From assembly GCF_000223395.1 (NCBI RefSeq), contig NC_015931.1:1811268-1843267 (forward strand): DNA of 32,000 nucleotides, written 5' to 3'. The DNA comes from Pyrolobus fumarii 1A (GTDB taxonomy: Archaea > Thermoproteota > Thermoprotei_A > Sulfolobales > Pyrodictiaceae). Position 1 is the first letter of the stretch, and each line of letters starts with the position of its first letter. The position numbers were made by a program, and so were the translations under genes. The notes beneath the pieces were generated by a model. It was not told the origin of the DNA, did not search any database, and saw nothing but the letters and a program-made list of their open reading frames with translations. This document shows positions 1 through 9,693 of the stretch, piece after piece.

Positions 1-1
1 A

Positions 2-430
2 GCAGCCGTAGCAGCTCTCATCATCAAAACGGCGTGGAGTAGCATGGGTCTAACACTCGTCGTCGTTGAAGGGGCAAGCATGGAGCCCCTCTTTCACAGT
101 GGGGATCTAGTTCTAGTGCAACACGTGCCGCCACAAGATATCCACGTGGGCGACATTATCGTCTATCAGGGTTGTGGAGGCAAGCTAATCATACATCGTG
201 TCTACCTCATTTGCAACAATGGAGGCACTTACTGTTATGTCACGTGGGGCGACAATAACCCAGCCCCAGACACGCCCAACATGATATGCAGTACATGCCT
301 ATGCACGTTAGACGGCATCTATCAGGCAGCCGTACCCTACGAGAAGGTGGTTGGCAAGGTTGTAGAGGCAGGTGGGTTCATCTACAAGGTGCCCTATATA
401 GGCGCCCTTGCCTCGCTACTAAGGAGCTAA
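2..430 (+). CDS. Signal peptidase I, archaeal Sec11/S26B type (5' end cut by window edge)
   Basis: The frame is open from nt 2, and a hydrophobic anchor (AAVAALIIKTAWSS) precedes the listed Met. It has the catalytic Ser box GASMEP, the His box IIHRV and a WGDNN motif. Confidence 0.8.
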   Translation, partial: AAVAALIIKTAWSSMGLTLVVVEGASMEPLFHSGDLVLVQHVPPQDIHVGDIIVYQGCGGKLIIHRVYLICNNGGTYCYVTWGDNNPAPDTPNMICSTCLCTLDGIYQAAVPYEKVVGKVVEAGGFIYKVPYIGALASLLRS

Positions 431-2449
431 CCCAGTCTCAAGCAGGTACTTGGCAACATCACGTACCCACATGCCTGTCTCGCGTAGGGATGCTACACGC
501 TCAAGATACTCCTCCCAGCCTATCCCTCCTAGACGCCTCCTCCACTCAACAAATCCCCTCTTAAGCGCCTCTAACGCCTCAAGATGAAACCTGCAGAGTC
601 TCCCATCAACACTCTCCCTTCCACATATAACACACGGCCTCTCAGCCTCGACCAAACGTAGACTCTTAGCCAACATGAGGCCAGCATCCCTCATAGCACG
701 CTTCTTGTAGTCCTCTAGGAGCAGGCTAAGCACACGCTTAGCCTCCTCGACCACCTCAGCGCGTCTCCTGATTCCGCGTCTTATATCCTCCAGTAGCCTC
801 TCAAACTCTCTCGTCATAGCCACGCTGGTCAGCTTTGGGAAGAACTTCTCAAGCACCTCGGCAACAGCGAATCCCAGGTCAGTGACTGTTACATAACCTC
901 CGCTCAGCCGCAGATACCCACGGTCGAAGAGCGTCTCTACAATCCTTGCGCGCGTGGCTTCAGTACCAATCCCAACCTCCTCCATCCACCTTACTAGCTT
1001 CGCCTTTGTGTAGGCCTCCGGGGGCTCAGTGTAAACCGTCTCCACTACCACCCTCTCGACTCGGAGCCTCTCCCCCCGGGACACCCTCGGTATATCATCC
1101 TTTGGGCGAGAGAACGGGTAGTAGACATACCACCCTTCTTCGAGGACACGTGTCCCCGACACGTTAACCCTAACTACGCCAAAGTCTAGTGTTGCAGTCA
1201 CTCTCTCAACAACAGCCGGTTTGGAGAAAGCAGCCAAGAACCTACGCACTATGAGATCATAGATGCGCTCTTCTGCACGGTTTAACTTCCGCCTAGGAAC
1301 AGCCCCCGTCGGGTGTATAGCAGGATGCGCTGGATCCTCCTTGGGTCCCTGCACTGGCCTCAGCACACCACGCGTTTCGAGCAGCAGCCTCTTGACTAGC
1401 TGCGTGTAGGCCGGGATAGATGCTAAGCCTTCAAGTATGCCTCGGAAGTCTAGGGTGTGAGGCAACTTCTGGCTATTCGTTCTAGGGTAGCTTATGAGAC
1501 CGTCGAGGTATAGCTGCTCGGCTATCTCCTGTGTAAAGGCCGGGCTGTACCCGTAGAGCCGAGCTGCCTCCATCTGGAGGTCGCTTAGGTTGAACGCTGG
1601 CGGGGGTTTCACATACTCACGTCTACCTGCAACACTAGAGACGAAAGCATAGCCACGCGCAGCTACCCTATCCGCTATACGCTTGGCCTCGATAAGCTTC
1701 TCACGCGAAGCTATAGTCAGCTTCAGCCTGCCCTCACGACCAGCAAGCCATACTTGCACGTTAAAGCGCGGATATGGGACGTGAAGCCTTCTCCTAGCCT
1801 CACGTTTAGCAGCCTCTACCAGCGTCGGCGACTGCACTCTACCCGCGCTCAGCACAACCTTTTTGCCGGTGACGAGCTTCACAGCCTCCATCAACGCCCT
1901 GCTGACGTTGATACCCCAGAGCCAGTCTAGCTCGTGACGAGCTAGACCCGCCTCTATCATCGGCCAGTCTAGCGGCTCCAGTCTGCGGAATGCACGGCGT
2001 ATATCAGTTGGCGTCAGAGCAGAGAATTTCATGCGGTAGGCTCTCCGCACATCACCCAGGTTCCGTATGATCATGTACCCTATGACTGAGCCCTCTACGT
2101 CATAGTCACACGCGTTTATGTAGATGCTAGCGTCTCTACACAGGGTGGCTAGCAGCGCGAGGAACTTCCTAGCATGCTTGGCGCCCTCAGCCACGTCTAG
2201 GGGGACCCAACGGTATGTGAACACGGGAAACCCACGCTCGTCGGTATAAAGGCCGTAGAGGTGGCCAGCAGCCGGCGCAACTACGAACAAGCGCCCATCA
2301 ACTCTGAGCACCCAGTATGGTACGCCATATGCCGTACATCTCCTCGCATATCGGCCTCCAAGAGCCTCTGCAATCTTTGCAGCCGCTTTCGGCTTCTCAG
2401 CTATTATTAGTCCATAGCCTCGCGGCGGCCTGCAGCCACCAGCCACCAT
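419..2449 (-). CDS. topA: DNA topoisomerase type IA (Topo III-like)
   Basis: Toprim N-terminus GLIIAEKPKAA, acidic box CDYDVEGS, active-site Tyr context ISYPRTNSQKL, and a C-terminal Zn ribbon CVICG..CRFH. At 676 aa it is similar in size to crenarchaeal Topo III. Confidence 0.9.
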   Translation of the reverse strand: MVAGGCRPPRGYGLIIAEKPKAAAKIAEALGGRYARRCTAYGVPYWVLRVDGRLFVVAPAAGHLYGLYTDERGFPVFTYRWVPLDVAEGAKHARKFLALLATLCRDASIYINACDYDVEGSVIGYMIIRNLGDVRRAYRMKFSALTPTDIRRAFRRLEPLDWPMIEAGLARHELDWLWGINVSRALMEAVKLVTGKKVVLSAGRVQSPTLVEAAKREARRRLHVPYPRFNVQVWLAGREGRLKLTIASREKLIEAKRIADRVAARGYAFVSSVAGRREYVKPPPAFNLSDLQMEAARLYGYSPAFTQEIAEQLYLDGLISYPRTNSQKLPHTLDFRGILEGLASIPAYTQLVKRLLLETRGVLRPVQGPKEDPAHPAIHPTGAVPRRKLNRAEERIYDLIVRRFLAAFSKPAVVERVTATLDFGVVRVNVSGTRVLEEGWYVYYPFSRPKDDIPRVSRGERLRVERVVVETVYTEPPEAYTKAKLVRWMEEVGIGTEATRARIVETLFDRGYLRLSGGYVTVTDLGFAVAEVLEKFFPKLTSVAMTREFERLLEDIRRGIRRRAEVVEEAKRVLSLLLEDYKKRAMRDAGLMLAKSLRLVEAERPCVICGRESVDGRLCRFHLEALEALKRGFVEWRRRLGGIGWEEYLERVASLRETGMWVRDVAKYLLETGLAP

Positions 2450-2504
2450 CCTTACCCGATGATGCAGCTAGGACTCTGAACCCCTCATAGGGTTCCGGAC
2501 ACCT

Positions 2505-3629
2505 TCAAAGAGGCACTGGAAATGTAAGTATCAAAAGCACCACGTAGATGCCAGCGTATAACGCTGCCCTTCTAGGCGGCAATGGTTTTACTGGATTGAG
2601 TACGCCGGGATGGACACCCTTTCCTATCATGACGTGAAGCGCGTAAGCAAGCATCGCGAAGATTGCTATGATGCTCAGCTGCGGATAGACCAGTGCAAGT
2701 ATCAACGCGAGGACCGGCACTAGACTACTGGTTAGGTTGTGCACCTCAGCCCCGAACACCGCGTACACAATATGCCCGCCATCCAGCTGACCTATCGGCA
2801 ACAAGTTGAGGAACGTGACTATGAATACGATGAAAGCCGCAAACGCCAGAGGATGCAGTACTATCACAGCTTCACCACTGCCACCATGGAACAACCCCAA
2901 AACGAGCAACAACACCAATGGTGCAAAACTGGCCTCAATACCCGCCTCTCGGACAGACTCTTTGAACAGGCTAGCAGGCAGAGAGGGAGACAACATACCA
3001 CCTATCACAGCAACTACTAGACCCGCGAGAAACCCGGCCAGGGGGCCTGCAACACCCACAAGACCCAGCCCACTACGGTCCCTAGGTATACCTCTCATAC
3101 TGATAATCGCGCCAAATGTGCCGATGCCGCCGAGCCGTAAGGGCGGGGCAGGAATAAACATGGGAGCTGATACCGGAACACCGACACGCCTAGCAGCCAG
3201 AAAATGCCCGCTCTCGTGGATAGCGAGTGGGCCTAGGAGCCCAGCTAGGAACGACACAGCCAACAACATAGTGTTGTGCTCGGTTCCCGTTACCCCAGAG
3301 ACTCTAGCAAAACCAGTAGCCACATCAAAACCTGCAAGGAGAACCGTGAGTATAGTCGCTAGCGTCAAAAGGAGAACATGCGCCTTTCCGAAACCCTTCC
3401 GGATGCGAAGGAAAACAACACCCAGTCCTTCGCTTAGAACGAAAAGTTTAGGCTGGTACCCAGCCTCCTCATACTCGTCTATAAGCGAATCAAAGCACTC
3501 TACCCACCCAAGCCTAGGGTAGACAAACGCGCTCCTACCGTCACAGTTGACTACCTCAAAACACTTAGTGAGCATACTACACAGACTGTTCTCTAGATCG
3601 TCACTTTGCATATGCTGCTGGGAGCTCAT
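2505..3629 (-). CDS. Site-2 protease family (M50) membrane metalloprotease
   Basis: HExxH motif [13 protein letters not shown], second M50 motif [12 protein letters not shown], and many hydrophobic helices. Confidence 0.85.
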   Translation of the reverse strand: MSSQQHMQSDDLENSLCSMLTKCFEVVNCDGRSAFVYPRLGWVECFDSLIDEYEEAGYQPKLFVLSEGLGVVFLRIRKGFGKAHVLLLTLATILTVLLAGFDVATGFARVSGVTGTEHNTMLLAVSFLAGLLGPLAIHESGHFLAARRVGVPVSAPMFIPAPPLRLGGIGTFGAIISMRGIPRDRSGLGLVGVAGPLAGFLAGLVVAVIGGMLSPSLPASLFKESVREAGIEASFAPLVLLLVLGLFHGGSGEAVIVLHPLAFAAFIVFIVTFLNLLPIGQLDGGHIVYAVFGAEVHNLTSSLVPVLALILALVYPQLSIIAIFAMLAYALHVMIGKGVHPGVLNPVKPLPPRRAALYAGIYVVLLILTFPVPL

Positions 3630-3942
3630 CGAGGAACAACCTCGTCCAGTATTTCTCTACCCTCTTCATACCTTCAAGTAGAACTTGCAGCGGAATAGCT
3701 TGGTACTCTCCCCTCCTCGTATACCTCAACACGGTTATAGGCAATACGCCCTCCGCGAGTTCAACTCGAGCCACGAGTACCGGATCCTCGCGTATACGTG
3801 GATGTAAGCGAGAAGTGTCTATCAGTGGAGGAGCACCAAGGCTCAACTGTAAGGCACGTGCGCCTATTATCCTGGCTCTCTCGAATCTAGTCAACCATGG
3901 CGGCCCAATTTTAACCTCGAAGCGCTTCTCAGCCTCGCTCAT
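3601..3942 (-). CDS. rpoK: DNA-directed RNA polymerase subunit K (Rpb6/omega family)
   Basis: Core motif [24 protein letters not shown] place the start at the internal ATG 3942 ([10 protein letters not shown]) because the 34 upstream codons of the listed ORF are C/S/P/R-rich and unlike the rest. The 3' end overlaps the S2P start by 29 nt. Confidence 0.85.
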   Translation of the reverse strand: MSEAEKRFEVKIGPPWLTRFERARIIGARALQLSLGAPPLIDTSRLHPRIREDPVLVARVELAEGVLPITVLRYTRRGEYQAIPLQVLLEGMKRVEKYWTRLFLDELPAAYAK

Positions 3943-4047
3943 ACCCGTCACCCTACACGCACTGTAAGTGCGAGGTAAGAGAGGGTGATAAGGAGAGTGG
4001 GGAGAAACAAACGAAAATAAACAAGCGCGAAATAGACGAGACATGTC

Positions 4048-4052
4048 AAAAA
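4048..4052 (-). terminator. T5 tract after thermosome gene
   Basis: The minus strand reads GTTTTTG ~28 nt after the stop at 4080. Confidence 0.35.
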
Positions 4053-4079
4053 CTATGGCTAATTGGGTTGGAAACGGGT

Positions 4080-5756
4080 TTACTCCTCCTCGCCTCCCTT
4101 ACCCTTCTTCTTCTCCTTCTTTGTCGGAGCAGCGGCAATCACGTCGTCGATCTTTAGGATGGTTGTTGCTGCCTCGGTAGCGCTCTTGAGCACCTGCTCC
4201 TTGACGAGGATTGGCTCGATCACATTGATCTTTAGCATATCGTCCGCGATCCTAGCGTTGATGACGTCAATGCCTGCGAACTTCTTGCCCTCTGCGTGCA
4301 GCTTCCTGAGGTCCATTAGGGTCTGGAGAGCGTCCATGCCAGCGCTCTCAGCTAGGATCATTGGTATCTCTTCGAGGGCGTCGGCGTAGGCCTCGATGGC
4401 CAGCTGCTCCTTGCCACCAACCTTCCTGGCGTACTCGCGTAGCTTCATCGCTAGCTCGACTTCTACCGCGCCGCCACCGGGCACAATCTTTGGCTTCCTC
4501 AGGACGTTTCTTAGCACGTGTAGCGCGTCTTGTAGGTTCCTCTCAGCCTCGTCTAGGAGCATGTCGTTGGCGCCGCGTAGCAGGATGGTGACTGCCTTCG
4601 GGTTCTTGCACCTCTCAATGAAGATCATCTTGTCGTTGCCGACCTTCCTCTCCTCGACTAGGCCTGCGAAGCCTAGGTCCTCCGGGCTTAGGTCGCGGAC
4701 ACTGCTCACAATCCTAGCGCCAGTGGCTCTCTCTAGCTTCTCGAGGTCACTCCTCTTTACCCTCCTGACGGCCATTATGCCCTTCTTGGCTAGGAAGTGC
4801 TGCGCAACCTCGTCAATACCCTTCTGCGTTATGACTACGATGCCCGCGTTCTCGCCTAGCTTGAAGCCCTCCTGCTCAATCCTCTTCTTAGCAACCTCAT
4901 AGATCCGGTCAACCATCTCCTTGAGGATCCTAGCCTCCTCCTCGAGGAACGCCTTGATCTGCTCGGGGCTCGTGATGTTGATCTTGGCGGTGATCTCTGG
5001 CTTCTCGACCTCTAGAGGAGCGTCTAGCAGCACGATGAACGCGTTCTCGACACGCTTCGGCATGCCAGGGTGCACAACCTCCTTGTCTAGGACAATACCG
5101 TGGACTAGCCTGCTGTCTAGGAGGCTGCCACCCTTCTTCTTCTCGATCTTGATGTCGTCCAGCCTCACCTCATAGGTGCCATCCGGCTTCTTCTCAGCAA
5201 CAGTCTTGACCGCCTTGACTGCCATCTCAAGTAGCTTTTCGGATGCCTCGCCAGTGCCGATGTACTTGCTCGAGATGCTGGTCCAAGCGACCTTCTTCAA
5301 CTCGTTGTCATCCTCGACGTTGACAGGTACGCCCATCTTGTCTAGCTCCTGGAGTGCAAATGCTAGGGCCTTCTTGTAACCCTCGATGATCGTAGTCGGG
5401 TGTATGTTCTCCTCGAGGAGTGTCTCGGCGCGATCTAGCAGTGTACCAGCGAGCACCACGGCACTGGTCGTACCGTCGCCTACCTCGGCGTCCTGAGCCT
5501 TAGCGACCTCCACTAGGAGCTTTGCAGCTGGGTGCTGAACCTCCATCTCCTTAAGGATCGTCGCGCCGTCGTTGGTGATCGTGACGTCACCAAAGCTATC
5601 AACTAGCATCTTGTCAAGGCCTCTTGGGCCGAGGCTGGTCCTTAGTATCTCTGCGATCACCTTGGCTGCTAGTATGTTGCTTCTTAGCGCCTCACGCCCG
5701 TAGGTCCTCTGGGTACCCTCCTTAAGCACGAGTACCGGGATGCCATACAGGGCCAT
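4080..5756 (-). CDS. ths: Thermosome subunit (group II chaperonin)
   Basis: Motifs [31 protein letters not shown] and VPGGGAVE, with a K/E-rich C-terminal tail. 558 aa. Confidence 0.95.
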   Translation of the reverse strand: MALYGIPVLVLKEGTQRTYGREALRSNILAAKVIAEILRTSLGPRGLDKMLVDSFGDVTITNDGATILKEMEVQHPAAKLLVEVAKAQDAEVGDGTTSAVVLAGTLLDRAETLLEENIHPTTIIEGYKKALAFALQELDKMGVPVNVEDDNELKKVAWTSISSKYIGTGEASEKLLEMAVKAVKTVAEKKPDGTYEVRLDDIKIEKKKGGSLLDSRLVHGIVLDKEVVHPGMPKRVENAFIVLLDAPLEVEKPEITAKINITSPEQIKAFLEEEARILKEMVDRIYEVAKKRIEQEGFKLGENAGIVVITQKGIDEVAQHFLAKKGIMAVRRVKRSDLEKLERATGARIVSSVRDLSPEDLGFAGLVEERKVGNDKMIFIERCKNPKAVTILLRGANDMLLDEAERNLQDALHVLRNVLRKPKIVPGGGAVEVELAMKLREYARKVGGKEQLAIEAYADALEEIPMILAESAGMDALQTLMDLRKLHAEGKKFAGIDVINARIADDMLKINVIEPILVKEQVLKSATEAATTILKIDDVIAAAPTKKEKKKGKGGEEE

Positions 5757-5804
5757 TTCTCGTCACCCTCCAAGCCTTCCACGTAGAGCTGTCAGCTCCA
5801 CTTC

Positions 5805-5812
5805 TATAAAAG
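5805..5812. promoter_or_regulatory. TATA box (TATAAAAG / CTTTTATA) shared by divergent thermosome and S17e genes
   Basis: This is the only A/T-rich octamer in the 114-nt divergent spacer. It lies ~50 nt from the thermosome ATG and ~60 nt from the S17e GTG. Confidence 0.4.
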
Positions 5813-5870
5813 CCTTACCACCGTAATGCTTTTCCTAGAGACGGGGCCCGCGCATCTTCGGGGTCACACC

Positions 5871-6074
5871 GTGGGCAAGGTATACACGAGCGTAGTGAAG
5901 AGGACTGCCAGGCGACTGCTACAGATGTACCCAGATCTGTTCACAACCGACTTTGAGCATAACAAGAAGGTGGTTTCCCAGCTGGTTGAGGTAGAGTCTA
6001 AGAAGCTCCGCAACCAGATTGCTGGCTACCTCACCAGGCTCGTAAGGCTAAAGCAGAGGAGCGAGACAAGCTAA
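5871..6074 (+). CDS. rps17e: 30S ribosomal protein S17e
   Basis: [34 protein letters not shown] is typical S17e. I start it at the in-frame GTG 5871, giving 67 aa; the 15 upstream codons of the listed ORF are not S17e-like. Confidence 0.85.
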   Translation: MGKVYTSVVKRTARRLLQMYPDLFTTDFEHNKKVVSQLVEVESKKLRNQIAGYLTRLVRLKQRSETS

Positions 6075-6255
6075 CCGCACCAGTACCTAGCCTTACACCC
6101 CTTTACATCGATTGTTTATCCTGCTGCGGCTAGTGGCCTAGTCGCATCCCCGGCTTCTGTGTTCTTCCGAGGATGTGCCGGTGGACTCTGCACAGTATGA
6201 ATCGCCTACCAAGCGTTTAAGCTCCCGCTGCTCCCGACGCCTATAGGCGTCTGCC

Positions 6256-7020
6256 TTGAGAATCGTGATCGTGATACACCCTACATGCGCATCGAGCTAC
6301 CGCCTAGTAAAGACGCTTGCAAAGGAGAGGCTCTTGGACCGTGTCGAGCTTGTAGACGCCACTGACCCCCGTACACTACTACGTTATGGCGCATGGAGCG
6401 TACCATGGGTGGTTGTGAACGGCGTCCCTGCTGCCACAGACCCCGTTGAGCCAGAGGAAGTGGCCGCGATGATAAGGGGCGAGTATAAACCTGAGACTCG
6501 TGAAGCTAGAGAGGCGTTCCGCGACGCTGTGATACACAGCGCGTTCGCAGCGTCAATTGCATTCCTCAACGACCGCCTCGACCTTGTCGTCGAGCCTGGC
6601 TTCGTATCTGCAGCTCTACGCGCACCATACACGCACGTTGACGCCGAGCGAGCAGCCCAAGAGATACTCGCTAATGCGAAAGAATTATGGAGAGAGATAC
6701 GTGACATGGTTGCACGTGCTCTTGGCGTTAGTTTCGTGAGAGAGACTTGGTGGTCTAGAGGAGGCAATTTGACCCAAGATGAGCTGCTAAAGCTAGTTGA
6801 TAGTGGCGCCGTTAGGCTATGGCTGGTAGCCAAGGCATCGGTGGGTAGAAGCGGCCTACCGTGGGATCCACGTGTTGTAAATGAGCGCGCGACTCCAATA
6901 GAAGGTTTCGTACGCCGCGGTGCTACTGGCTTGCTTAGGAAGGTAGAACGGGAGCAAAAAGAGATTCTAGGAGACGAAGAGTATTGGAGGATTCTACGCG
7001 ACTACATTGGTGTGAGTTAA
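6256..7020 (+). CDS. Hypothetical protein with N-terminal thioredoxin/glutaredoxin-like fold (CxxC degraded to CASS) and helical C-terminal domain
   Basis: IVIVIHPTCASSYRLVKTL...WSVPWVVVNG gives a beta-alpha-beta pattern. The amino-acid composition is coding-like, the start is TTG, and the antisense ORF 6384-6833 is S/A/T-rich junk. Confidence 0.5.
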   Translation: MRIVIVIHPTCASSYRLVKTLAKERLLDRVELVDATDPRTLLRYGAWSVPWVVVNGVPAATDPVEPEEVAAMIRGEYKPETREAREAFRDAVIHSAFAASIAFLNDRLDLVVEPGFVSAALRAPYTHVDAERAAQEILANAKELWREIRDMVARALGVSFVRETWWSRGGNLTQDELLKLVDSGAVRLWLVAKASVGRSGLPWDPRVVNERATPIEGFVRRGATGLLRKVEREQKEILGDEEYWRILRDYIGVS

Positions 7021-7041
7021 CCGCTGACGGGACGCCTTAGG

Positions 7042-7629
7042 CTAGCCACTATGTTCATTGTTCCGAGTCGATGCGTTGCACGGGTCGAGTCTAGAGTAGA
7101 ACTCGTACAGCCGGCTAACCGGCGCCTTTGTAACAATTTTTGCATCGCTGACTCCACGTACGTAGAGGTATATGCTGCGTAGTCTTCCAGCCTCATCTTC
7201 AACCCTACGTATTCGCACGGGAACCCACTGTGGTACCGGAAAATCTAGCGTAACGACACGTGCACCGGGCTTCAACTCGCGCTCTAGCTTATCCGCCAGT
7301 CTCTCGTTGATACTCGCATACATGTAGATGTAGACGACTGTAGCATCGCTAACATCGACCTCGAATATATCACCCTCGATTATCTCTACCCGATCTGCAA
7401 CACCCTCTTCGGCTGCCCTAATCCTCGCAATAGTAACAAGCCCATCATCTATCTCTACACCCACAGCCTTCTTGACCCGGAAGTCCCTAGCCGCTATGAC
7501 AACTACTCTCCCGTCACCCGCGCCAAGATCATAAAGAACGTCACATGGCGATAAGCGCGCTAGGCTCAACGCCTCATATACAACGGAGAGAGGCGACGGT
7601 ATGAATGGAGCTAGTTTCTCTCTAGCCAA
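7042..7629 (-). CDS. Class I SAM-dependent methyltransferase, crenarchaeal protein lysine methyltransferase (aKMT)-like
   Basis: Motif I is VLYDLGAGDGRVVV. The overall pattern FIPSP..DFRVKKAVGVEID..GDIFEVD..ATVVYIYM..LKPGARVV closely resembles, from memory, Sulfolobus aKMT. TTG start. Confidence 0.7.
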   Translation of the reverse strand: MAREKLAPFIPSPLSVVYEALSLARLSPCDVLYDLGAGDGRVVVIAARDFRVKKAVGVEIDDGLVTIARIRAAEEGVADRVEIIEGDIFEVDVSDATVVYIYMYASINERLADKLERELKPGARVVTLDFPVPQWVPVRIRRVEDEAGRLRSIYLYVRGVSDAKIVTKAPVSRLYEFYSRLDPCNASTRNNEHSG

Positions 7630-7730
7630 GCTGGAGCCCTCCGCCTAGGTGTTGCTCGTCACCCCCTCAGCCCCGGCTTTACACTTCATCGGGCTCCTCC
7701 GCCATTCATGAACACTACACTGTGACTAGC

Positions 7731-7738
7731 ATTTATCT
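7731..7738 (+). promoter_or_regulatory. TATA-like box ATTTATCT upstream of structured leader / pilin-like gene
   Basis: An A/T-rich octamer in an otherwise GC-rich spacer. It would place the TSS near 7760. Confidence 0.3.
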
Positions 7739-7741
7739 GCC

Positions 7742-7850
7742 CCGAGGGGACCCCGGTTTTGAATGGCTAGGGCCCCCGCAAGAGGCCCGCGTCGCGGGCC
7801 TCTGTGAGCGGGGCGGGGCTCCACCCCTGCGTCAGGCCCTCCGCACAACT
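7742..7850 (+). promoter_or_regulatory. GC-rich multi-hairpin leader element (function unknown)
   Basis: Three hairpins: 7742-7756; a 9-bp perfect stem 7782-7790/7794-7802 nested in the helix 7774-7779/7808-7813; and 7815-7827. Confidence 0.35.
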
Positions 7851-7856
7851 TGGAGC

Positions 7857-8342
7857 GTGGAAGCATTGGGAGAGACTAGAAGCATATCGTCAGTACTGGC
7901 CCTGACTCTTATATTGGTTTTGACGATCATAGTCGCACTTGCAGCCGTTAGCATAATGTTCTACTGGTACTCTTGGAGCGTTTCGTACGTTGAACAGCTT
8001 AGAGTACTAGGCGATAGCTACATTGAAGCTACATCAGACTACACGATAGTAGCGTTGCACCTCATGAACGAGGGGAAAAGAAGCGCGGTTATCGTCTCTG
8101 TCACTGTCGGTCACTGGGATGTACCACTGTCATACTTCCAGGTGATAATCGAGGCGGGTAACGCGAGGAAACTCACATCGGCTATAGAGGTAGGCCCTGG
8201 CAGCACAGTCTGGCTTAGGGCAATAGTCCCTGCATCACAGCTACCCATCGCAGCTAACCAGCTTGACACCGTTAAGGTAGAGATGTTACTAGACTCTGGG
8301 AGGAGGATAACAGCTATACTTGGTGTGATAAGAGCCAGATGA
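7857..8342 (+). CDS. Archaeal type IV pilin-like protein (class III signal peptide)
   Basis: ETRS|ISSVLALTLILVLTIIVALAAV resembles the K/R-G/S + hydrophobic-helix prepilin signal. The start is uncertain (GTG 7857 or TTG 7866). The listed extension back to 7722 runs through a GC-rich hairpin region with different codon usage and lies upstream of a TATA-like box. Confidence 0.5.
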   Translation: MEALGETRSISSVLALTLILVLTIIVALAAVSIMFYWYSWSVSYVEQLRVLGDSYIEATSDYTIVALHLMNEGKRSAVIVSVTVGHWDVPLSYFQVIIEAGNARKLTSAIEVGPGSTVWLRAIVPASQLPIAANQLDTVKVEMLLDSGRRITAILGVIRAR

Positions 8343-8356
8343 GAAAACAAGGGAGT

Positions 8357-9673
8357 CTAGTACTCGATTACCTCCATACCTAGCAGTTTCGCGACTATCC
8401 TTAGTTCTCTGCGAACATCGCCAACGATCAGCACGTGGTGGTTCGATATTGCTTTGGCAGTGAACGGTTCTGGGCTCCTCTCCTCGAGCTTTGCAACTAC
8501 CTGTGTTCTACATCTACCGGCACTAAGCATGCCAGACTCTACCACCTCGGCAAGCGCGAAAGCTAGCTTACGGAAGTCGGGCGATATTGCTGTTAGCGTG
8601 TAGGTGCCTGGCTCTATCTTTGTTACAACCGCGTATGGGTTGCCCGTTTCGAAGTGCGGTATTAGGGTCGAGTAGCTGCCTAGGCTAGAGGCCGCAGTAC
8701 AATGCGCTAGTACGAGTGTGCGTGTCCGTGGATCATAATGACTTGGATTGGCAATCCAACCCGGCTTTCCAGTCAACATCTTAGCAATCGTCATCAACAC
8801 TAGTGCACGGTAGTCAGCCTCACATATAGATATGACACCCTCGTCTAACAAGTAACTCATCATAAGGCATGGCGTGGCGCCCTTACGCATTATGAACGGG
8901 AAGCAGTCTATCGTGACCGCAGATGCTCCACGCTCGCTAGCAAGCTTCTTCGCAGCAGCGGCCAATCTTACCGGCTTCTCGAGCAGCCTAGCATCCACGC
9001 CACCCAGATCAAAATGTGAACGTAGATACTCATACACCTCACGTACATCAACATTCTCCATGGTCTTGTCTAGTTCTTCTGATGTCACATTCTCGACTCG
9101 GAACCCGAAACGACGCGAAGCCTCAACACCCTCATCGTATACTCTCTCAGCGTCTATCTGCAATACCTTCAGGTTTCTTAGCTCTACTACCGCACGCACT
9201 GCTCTTACAACCGCAGCTGCCTCCTCAACGGCGTCGGACGGCCTAAGAGCCTCGATTAGGTATACTGGATATCCCTCACTCTCTAGCCTGGATTTAGCGC
9301 TTAGCGCAGAGGCCATACTGTTGTGGAAACCGTGGGCCAATAGTACGATCGGCTTTTTGCCACCCATTGCCTCTGCCATCATCTTTATTAGTTTACTCGA
9401 CCCGCCGGTTAGTACAGCAATGAACACCGCATCGGCCTCTTGAAGCCCACCAGCTTGCATTTTCACGTCATTCTCGTCTGTTATCACTTGGAATGGCTCA
9501 ATGTTCAACGACTGATACAGGCTGCGGAACTCCTCCCAAATCTTCTCGTAGTATTCGCGACCATGTACCTTGCTAGCCACTCCAAAGCCGTAGAGCTTCG
9601 CTCTCAACGCGCAAACCCCGAGAGGTATCGAAATACTGGCAGCCAGAGTGCAAAACTCTATCTCTAACCCCAC
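8357..9673 (-). CDS. L-fucose/L-arabinose isomerase family-like sugar isomerase (putative)
   Basis: 438 aa, with a C-terminal ICEADYRALVLM motif (cf. the CEGD-type metal site) followed by HC/HF residues. The N-terminal Rossmann-like part is typical of the FucI/AraA superfamily. The assignment is from memory only. Confidence 0.45.
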   Translation of the reverse strand: MGLEIEFCTLAASISIPLGVCALRAKLYGFGVASKVHGREYYEKIWEEFRSLYQSLNIEPFQVITDENDVKMQAGGLQEADAVFIAVLTGGSSKLIKMMAEAMGGKKPIVLLAHGFHNSMASALSAKSRLESEGYPVYLIEALRPSDAVEEAAAVVRAVRAVVELRNLKVLQIDAERVYDEGVEASRRFGFRVENVTSEELDKTMENVDVREVYEYLRSHFDLGGVDARLLEKPVRLAAAAKKLASERGASAVTIDCFPFIMRKGATPCLMMSYLLDEGVISICEADYRALVLMTIAKMLTGKPGWIANPSHYDPRTRTLVLAHCTAASSLGSYSTLIPHFETGNPYAVVTKIEPGTYTLTAISPDFRKLAFALAEVVESGMLSAGRCRTQVVAKLEERSPEPFTAKAISNHHVLIVGDVRRELRIVAKLLGMEVIEY

Positions 9674-9693
9674 CTTGGAGAGAACTACAACGC

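Noticed and set aside
2739-3522. Plus-strand ORFs 2739-3020 and 2806-3522 opposite the S2P protease
   Set aside because: They have no motifs and are P/R/S/T/N-rich. The minus strand carries clear M50 protease motifs and TM helices.
3943-4044. 34-codon N-terminal extension of rpoK (listed start 4044)
   Set aside because: The extension ([34 protein letters not shown]) is not RpoK-like and covers T-rich, promoter-like sequence. The internal ATG gives a protein of the usual size.
4063-5379. Series of plus-strand ORFs (4063-4389, 4361-4591, 4396-4902, 4921-5175, 5176-5379) opposite the thermosome gene
   Set aside because: Their translations are S/A/L/R/P-rich with low complexity, which is typical of the antisense frame of a GC-rich, GAG/AAG-rich gene. 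The minus-strand thermosome is unambiguous.
7722-7856. N-terminal 45-codon extension of the pilin-like ORF (listed start GTG 7722)
   Set aside because: The extension starts upstream of the only TATA-like box. It consists of the GC-rich hairpin region, uses CGN Arg codons unlike neighbouring genes, and would bury the class III signal peptide 50 residues inside the protein.
8814-8864. Apparent C/D-box sRNA on the minus strand (ATGATGA ... CTGA, 50 nt)
   Set aside because: It lies in frame inside the isomerase-like CDS (ATG ATG AGT = M-M-S), and the internal C'/D' boxes are absent. I treat it as coincidental.
8874-9667. Plus-strand ORFs 8874-9443, 9016-9246 and 9440-9667
   Set aside because: They are antisense to the 438-aa isomerase-like gene, and their S/T/A-rich composition is not protein-like.
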